Shown here: piece by piece, positions 59,158 to 64,000 of the stretch
How positions within the stretch are numbered: the first letter of the stretch is position 1
How the letters are laid out: each line of letters begins with the position of its first letter
Origin: Candidatus Sumerlaeia bacterium
GTDB lineage: Bacteria > Sumerlaeota > Sumerlaeia > SLMS01 > JANRJK01
Assembly: GCA_033764015.1 (NCBI GenBank)
Contig: JANRJK010000014.1
Coordinates: 1-64,000, forward strand
Reading direction: 5' to 3'
Length of the DNA: 64,000 bases
Notes under the pieces: generated by a model
Seen by the model: the letters and a program-made list of their open reading frames with translations, nothing else
Told to the model about the DNA's origin: nothing
Databases searched by the model: none
Made by a program: the position numbers and the translations under genes

Positions 59158-59628
59158 TCAAGGATCATCTTCGACAACAATCAGAACTTGTCGCTCAAGA
59201 GATTGCAGCTCCCTAGACCCTCCCAACGCTTCCATCAACAGTTCCAACTTTTTTTCGGTCTCCTCGTCCTGCCCGGCGAGATGTTCGCCTGGAACCACAA
59301 GAAGATGCGTATTGCCAAGTTTCGCAGCCAAGTAGCTGTATTTCCTTCCCTTCTCCAAAACCGCGCCGCGCGTCCACCAAATCCGTGTACTATCTTCTTG
59401 CGAGTTCACCGTTGCCTCGGACAAAGCAATCCTAGGTGCAACAGCAAGCTTTGAGGAAACTCCTCTAATGATCGAGTTCCGAAGGGCCAACTGATACATG
59501 TTGAGTCCAATGGAGACGAGCAGGAGTGCAAGCAAGAGTACGGATAGGCCGCTCCTGCCAAAGGTGCTCTTTGCAAGAGAGCCGCATCTAGTCCCACAGC
59601 TTGCGAGACATTCGGCAGCGGTCATCAT
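59158..59628 (-). CDS. Hypothetical bitopic membrane protein (low-GC island)
   Basis: One TM, GGGGAA RBS, atypical codon usage. Confidence 0.5.
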   Translation of the reverse strand: MMTAAECLASCGTRCGSLAKSTFGRSGLSVLLLALLLVSIGLNMYQLALRNSIIRGVSSKLAVAPRIALSEATVNSQEDSTRIWWTRGAVLEKGRKYSYLAAKLGNTHLLVVPGEHLAGQDEETEKKLELLMEALGGSRELQSLERQVLIVVEDDP

Positions 59629-59710
59629 GGATTCCCCTTTCGTTCCACTAAGGACTCAGTCAACCAACCACGAACCGCAAACTGGCGAATAGTTAAGTGC
59701 ATAATTGCGC

Positions 59711-60604
59711 TCAGTCTGGAACTTCTCCACTTTCTATGCTCCTCCGAATCTCGTGTCCACTTTGCAGGACTCTTGATTGTGACTCCCTACTAAGAACCTC
59801 GTCGAGGACACCGATGGCCAACGACTGCTCTAACCGCAATGAAGCCAATCCTTCGATGTCGCCGGCATCCGAGACAAGCCTGACGTGAATGAGCGCACGC
59901 CAGACCTCTTTACGCAATTCCCTATCTGGAATAGAACTGAGCACGCAATCGAACCACTGTTCGTCCAGGCGGAGAATGCACGACCATAATGTGAGTTCTT
60001 CGAATTCTTTCTCGTCAAATACTTCGAAGATGTCCGCGCGCGCTCTATAGAAGTACTCCCTCATTGCAATCCTGCGCACGTTCCAATCAGGATGAAACAA
60101 GAGCGCCTTTGGAACGGCGGGGCACCCTATCACGAGCGCTTGTATATAACCGGCATTGATCACGACCCTCCCCCCCACTCTTCGGAAGGCTGAATCAAGA
60201 TCAAGCATGCAAGTGGACGGTAGGTCTCGGCGTTGGATTTCTTCACATATCACTTTGTTGAGGTGCTGGGCTTCACTACACCCCTCTTCACCATCGATCA
60301 ATTCCCCGTAGGCAGTCAAAGTGTTCTGATAGAGAAGCCTGTACGCCTCCAGCAATTGCACGTCCGGGTCTGGATGTGGCGCAGCGAGATATGATCGCAT
60401 TCGGAAGTGTTGAGTGAGCAAAGCATCCCCCCACTGCCCATCAAAACTCCCAGACGTGATTTGTGAGATTTTGGGCCACGATTCTACACTCGACAGTACC
60501 GCTTTCACACCATTGCCGGGCGCTCCATGCAAGCTACAGGGCACGCACACTAATGCAAAACATAGTGCTACAGCACCAAGGAGTGAAGCAACTCTAGAAT
60601 TCAT
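59711..60604 (-). CDS. Hypothetical exported protein (low-GC island, candidate immunity protein)
   Basis: Signal-like MNSRVASLLGAVALCFALVC; directly follows the RHS remnant. Confidence 0.5.
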   Translation of the reverse strand: MNSRVASLLGAVALCFALVCVPCSLHGAPGNGVKAVLSSVESWPKISQITSGSFDGQWGDALLTQHFRMRSYLAAPHPDPDVQLLEAYRLLYQNTLTAYGELIDGEEGCSEAQHLNKVICEEIQRRDLPSTCMLDLDSAFRRVGGRVVINAGYIQALVIGCPAVPKALLFHPDWNVRRIAMREYFYRARADIFEVFDEKEFEELTLWSCILRLDEQWFDCVLSSIPDRELRKEVWRALIHVRLVSDAGDIEGLASLRLEQSLAIGVLDEVLSRESQSRVLQSGHEIRRSIESGEVPD

Positions 60605-60619
60605 GCATCCACGTTCGCC

Positions 60620-60748
60620 CACCCCGCCGTCGTACCCAATCGGGCCCATCGTTGGGAACCGCCCCCGCAGCGGCGAGTAGCACCTCGTCCGCAGGTGGTC
60701 CACCTCGCCATCAAGGATCCGGGGGCGGGCACGGAATTGGAACTTGAG
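60620..60748 (-). pseudogene. Degenerate RHS repeat-associated core remnant
   Basis: FQFRARPRILDGEVDHLRTRCYSPLRGRFPTMGPIGYDGG aligns by eye to the RHS core consensus F.gR..d.etgl.y.R.RyY.P..GRF.s.DPiG..gG. Confidence 0.7.
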
Positions 60749-61047
60749 GCCGATGGAGGAATGCGCGGCGGAGAGCGGCGCGCGAGCGGATTGCGTGGTG
60801 CGGACCGCCGGGGCAATCGGCTCAGCCGCCACGCCTTCTCGGGCGTTCGAGGAGAGAACTTCGTTGGCTGTCCTTCCCAACATGTTCGCCTGATCCCAGA
60901 CCCGGAGCTGCGCCGATCCGTTCGCGTCGCGCGAGTGGATCGTCGGCTAACCGTGGGAACCGTACCCACACGCCTCGACGGGCCTCAAGGGGGAAGGCTT
61001 TCGGCGGGGCGTCCGCGCCCCACAATTCACGGCCGCCCCCCGCCCCG

Positions 61048-62064
61048 CTACGCCGACGCGCGCCGGACCAGCACCGGGGTGATGCGGACCAGTTTGCGGC
61101 CGCGGGGGGAGGCGTCGGGGTCGAGCTGCTCGGCGAGGAGTTCCACCGCGGTGGCGGCGATTTCGTCCTTCGGCTGGCCGATGGTGGTGAGCGGCACCTC
61201 CATGTGGGCGCTGATGCGGAGGTCGTCGAAGCCGACGACCGCGATGTCGTCGGGCACGCGGAGGCCGGCGCGGCGGATGGTGCGCACGCAACCCATCGCG
61301 GTCAGGTCCGTGGACGCGAAGATCGCCGTGGGGCGGTTCGGCGGCGCGAGCATGGAATCGACGCCGCAGAATCCCTCCGCCTCGAGGAAGTCCTGGTTGA
61401 AGACGAGGTGCTCGTTCGCGAGCGGGAGTCCGCGGCGCTGCAACGCCTCGCGGAAGCCCTGGAAGCGGAGGCGGTTGGTCTGGAAGGCGATGTTGCCGCA
61501 GACGAAGCCGATGCGCGCGTGGCCCTTTTCGGCGAGGTAGTCGACGGCGAGCGCGGCGCCGCGCTCGTTGTCGGTGCGCACGCAGCTCGCGTCGACGCCC
61601 TCCAGCTCCGTGTCCATCAGGACGAGGGGGAACCGGCGGCGGATGAGCGCCTGGTAGAGCGGGATGTTGGCGTCGGTGGTGAGCGGCGCGATGACGGCGC
61701 CGTCCACATGGCCGTCGGCGAGCGCGCGGAGGTACTCGGCCTCGCGCTCTGGCGTTTCGTCGCTGTCCGCGAGGACGGTCCGCAGGCCGGCGTCGCGGGC
61801 GTGGCGGCTGATGCGCTTCGCCATTTCGGCGAAGTACACGTTCGCGAGGTCGGACACGAGCATCATCAGCGCGTGGGTGCGGTTGGTGGCGAGGCCGCGC
61901 GCGGCGGCGTTGGGGCGGAAGTCGTACTTCTCCGCCACGGCGAGCACGCGGGCCCGGGTGGCCGGGGCCACTCGGTCCTTCCCGTTCATCACGCGGGAGA
62001 CGGTGCCGATGGAGACGCCGGCGAGCTCGGCGATCTGGTAGATGGTGGGGGGCTTCTGGGCCAC
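61048..62064 (-). CDS. LacI family transcriptional regulator
   Basis: TIYQIAELAGVSIGTVSRVMN, PNAAARGL, RVPDDIAVVGFDD, LTTIGQP. Confidence 0.96.
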   Translation of the reverse strand: MAQKPPTIYQIAELAGVSIGTVSRVMNGKDRVAPATRARVLAVAEKYDFRPNAAARGLATNRTHALMMLVSDLANVYFAEMAKRISRHARDAGLRTVLADSDETPEREAEYLRALADGHVDGAVIAPLTTDANIPLYQALIRRRFPLVLMDTELEGVDASCVRTDNERGAALAVDYLAEKGHARIGFVCGNIAFQTNRLRFQGFREALQRRGLPLANEHLVFNQDFLEAEGFCGVDSMLAPPNRPTAIFASTDLTAMGCVRTIRRAGLRVPDDIAVVGFDDLRISAHMEVPLTTIGQPKDEIAATAVELLAEQLDPDASPRGRKLVRITPVLVRRASA

Positions 62065-62097
62065 GGCGCGCGCTCCGATGAAGGGCTTGAGCAAATG

Positions 62098-62113
62098 ATG
62101 TAAGCGCTTCGAT
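62098..62113. promoter_or_regulatory. LacI-type operator 1
   Basis: ATGTAAGCGCTTCGAT (reverse complement ATCGAAGCGCTTACAT); CG-centred palindrome typical of LacI sites. Confidence 0.75.
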
Positions 62114-62216
62114 ATTGGTCAAGCCTAGACTTTCGCGGCATCGGCGCGTCAGGAACGCACCGGCCGCGCGCGCCGGAGTGGCCAAGCCTCCCCTGCGAAA
62201 GTGCGGAAAAGAACTT

Positions 62217-62232
62217 GTCGAAGCGCTATTAT
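62217..62232. promoter_or_regulatory. LacI-type operator 2, adjacent to a TTGACG -35-like hexamer (62235-62240)
   Basis: GTCGAAGCGCTATTAT. Confidence 0.65.
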
Positions 62233-62361
62233 GTTTGACGAGCGCTGGTTAAGCGTTCTATCGATCCCCTGTCGCCGACGCCGGAAGGCCCGCCCACGCT
62301 CGCATCGGGCACGCAGGCCACCAGCGGCGCGACGAAGCCTCCGGCCAACGGGCAACCCCGG

Positions 62362-62377
62362 GTCGAAGCGCTTTCAT
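62362..62377. promoter_or_regulatory. LacI-type operator 3, just before the pilin RBS
   Basis: GTCGAAGCGCTTTCAT followed by CCGAAAGGA RBS. Confidence 0.75.
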
Positions 62378-62394
62378 CCGAAAGGACACCAGCC

Positions 62395-62931
62395 ATGCGC
62401 GCCAGCGCCTTCACCCTTATCGAGCTGCTGATCGTGGTCGCGATCATCGCCATCCTGGCGGCGATCGCCGTGCCCAACTTCCTCGAGGCGCAGGTTCGTT
62501 CGAAGGTGAGCCGCGCCAAGGCCGACATGCGCACCCTCGCGACTGCGATCGAGGCGTACCGCGTGGACGAGAACCGCTACCCCAACACCCGGCGCGGCGG
62601 AAACTGGCTGCTGTTCTACCAGCGCCTCGCGTTCCTCACGACGCCGGTCGCCTACATCACCACGCTGCCGCAGGACCCCTTCGCGGACGCCGGCTCCACG
62701 AACAATCCGCAGCTCGCCTACGACTACCTCGATCGCCCGAGCACGCTGTCGCTCCTTCCGGCGGTGTGGAACCCGTTCCCGGGCAACGGCGACGCCGCCA
62801 ACAAGGCCTGGAGGATCCTGAGCCTCGGCCCGGACCAGCGCGAGTCGCTCGTCCTCGGGCCGCAGCCGGTCGAGTACGACCCGACGAACGGCACCACCTC
62901 CGCCGGCGACATCCACCGCTACGGGCCATGA
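62395..62931 (+). CDS. GspG-like major pseudopilin (prepilin N-methylation domain)
   Basis: A|FTLIELLIVVAIIAILAAIAVPNF, AIEAYRVDENRYP, LTTPVAY, SLGPD, YDPTNGTTSAGDI. Confidence 0.92.
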   Translation: MRASAFTLIELLIVVAIIAILAAIAVPNFLEAQVRSKVSRAKADMRTLATAIEAYRVDENRYPNTRRGGNWLLFYQRLAFLTTPVAYITTLPQDPFADAGSTNNPQLAYDYLDRPSTLSLLPAVWNPFPGNGDAANKAWRILSLGPDQRESLVLGPQPVEYDPTNGTTSAGDIHRYGP

Positions 62932-62982
62932 TCCCCCCAACCTGCCGCACACCGCAGCGCATCCCCGAAAGGCGCCCACGCC

Positions 62983-64000
62983 GTGACGAACTACATCCCC
63001 ACCGGTAACGAGTACATCGCCCTTCCGACGGTCCGCGAACGCGACGCCGCGGTCGAGTCGGTCAACGTGGTGCTGGCGAAGCTGGACGGCCTGCTCGAGA
63101 TCGAGGGGCGCGGCGGGCGCCCGTTCCTGGTATGCGAGGGCGCCGCGCGCGAAGCGGGCGAATGGCGCTGGGACTTCGCGGAGGACTGGGTGCCGCGGTT
63201 CCGCCACGCGCGCGACGAGCGCCTCGGCGGCCTGCTTTGCGCGCCGCCGGACCAGCGCTTCGTGATCTACCGCGCGCCGGAGCAGCGCGCCCGCTTCACG
63301 CTCTCCGTCGGCAGGCTTTTCCAGACGATCAACGTGCGCCACGAGCTGCCCGACTGGACCTGCCGCGTCGCGCCGTTCAACTGGTCGTGGACGCCGGGCG
63401 TGGTGGTGGACTTCTTCGCGGGGGGCCTGCTGCTGAGCATGAGCCTGCGCTCGCCCGGCGGCGCGCGCTTCCGCCTCCTCGCGCCGGACGGCGCGGCGAG
63501 CGATCTGGCCGACGGCGCGGCGGCATTCGAGACGCGCGAGGGCTTCGAAATCGAGATCGAGTGCCTCGGCGAGCCGGACCTGGTGCTCGGCTTCGGCCTC
63601 TCGCGGGTGGGCGCGCGCAGCGCGGACCTGGAAGCGGGCCGCGTCGCCGCGGACCAATGGATCGCGCGGACGCTCGACTGGCTCGCGGCGCGCGCCGTCT
63701 CGGCGCCGGGCGACGAGGCGCTCACCCGCGCCGCGAACCGCAACGGCCACTTCGCGCGCTTCTACGCCATGGCGCGGACCCTCGACACGAGCGAGGCGGT
63801 CTCCATGACCTCCCGCAGCCACCGCTACTACGTCTCCGCGGCGTACTGGGACCGCGATTCGCTGCTGTGGCTCTACCCGTTCCTGGTGCGGAACGACGCG
63901 GGCTGGGCGGCGGAACTGCTCGGCTACGCCTTCGGGCCGCAGCTCCGCCACGCCGGCATCCACAGCCGCCAGATCGGCGGGCAGGTGCTCGAGTACGGCT
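62983..64000 (+). CDS. Glycoside hydrolase, (alpha/alpha)6 GH125/GH15-like (partial, runs off window)
   Basis: Manual translation from GTG 62983: MTNYIPTGNEYIALP...MTSRSHRYYVSAAYWDRDSLLWLYP...GIHSR; the W.RDS motif is typical of six-hairpin glycosidases; no signal peptide. Not in ORF track. Confidence 0.7.
   Translation, partial: MTNYIPTGNEYIALPTVRERDAAVESVNVVLAKLDGLLEIEGRGGRPFLVCEGAAREAGEWRWDFAEDWVPRFRHARDERLGGLLCAPPDQRFVIYRAPEQRARFTLSVGRLFQTINVRHELPDWTCRVAPFNWSWTPGVVVDFFAGGLLLSMSLRSPGGARFRLLAPDGAASDLADGAAAFETREGFEIEIECLGEPDLVLGFGLSRVGARSADLEAGRVAADQWIARTLDWLAARAVSAPGDEALTRAANRNGHFARFYAMARTLDTSEAVSMTSRSHRYYVSAAYWDRDSLLWLYPFLVRNDAGWAAELLGYAFGPQLRHAGIHSRQIGGQVLEYG

Overview
High-GC bacterial chromosomal window. 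It is probably from Candidatus Sumerlaeota (BRC1) or a relative; this is inferred from my recollection of the LTTP(V/I)xY...YDPTNG..S.GDI pseudopilin family and the C-terminal V.xWxxY tail, not from a database search. Housekeeping genes: zwf, ppc, ispG, mscL, rtcB, sucD, pgeF, valS, comEC, a heme oxygenase and a sigma-54 response regulator. It also holds a type II secretion/type IV filament cluster (gspE-F-H-I-J-K, a PilM/PilN fusion, a GspM/PilO-like gene and one more) with no major pseudopilin (gspG) and no secretin (gspD). Two GspG-like pseudopilins sit elsewhere, each near a glycoside hydrolase. The leading candidate for a novel system is at the right end: a LacI repressor, three conserved operator-like sites, and a divergent operon whose first gene is a pseudopilin, followed by a glycoside hydrolase. 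This suggests sugar-inducible, interchangeable pilins feeding one shared assembly machine. Other notable items: a catalytically degenerate SF2 helicase divergent from comEC, an RHS-core remnant heading a low-GC island, a low-GC block that starts and ends inside two divergent genes, a membrane-anchored MshEN-like protein beside an FHA-GGDEF cyclase, a Chlamydiae-like insert in ValRS, and several pseudogenes. No tRNA, rRNA, CRISPR array or intact transposase was recognised. Start codons were re-called by eye and GC estimates are visual, not computed.
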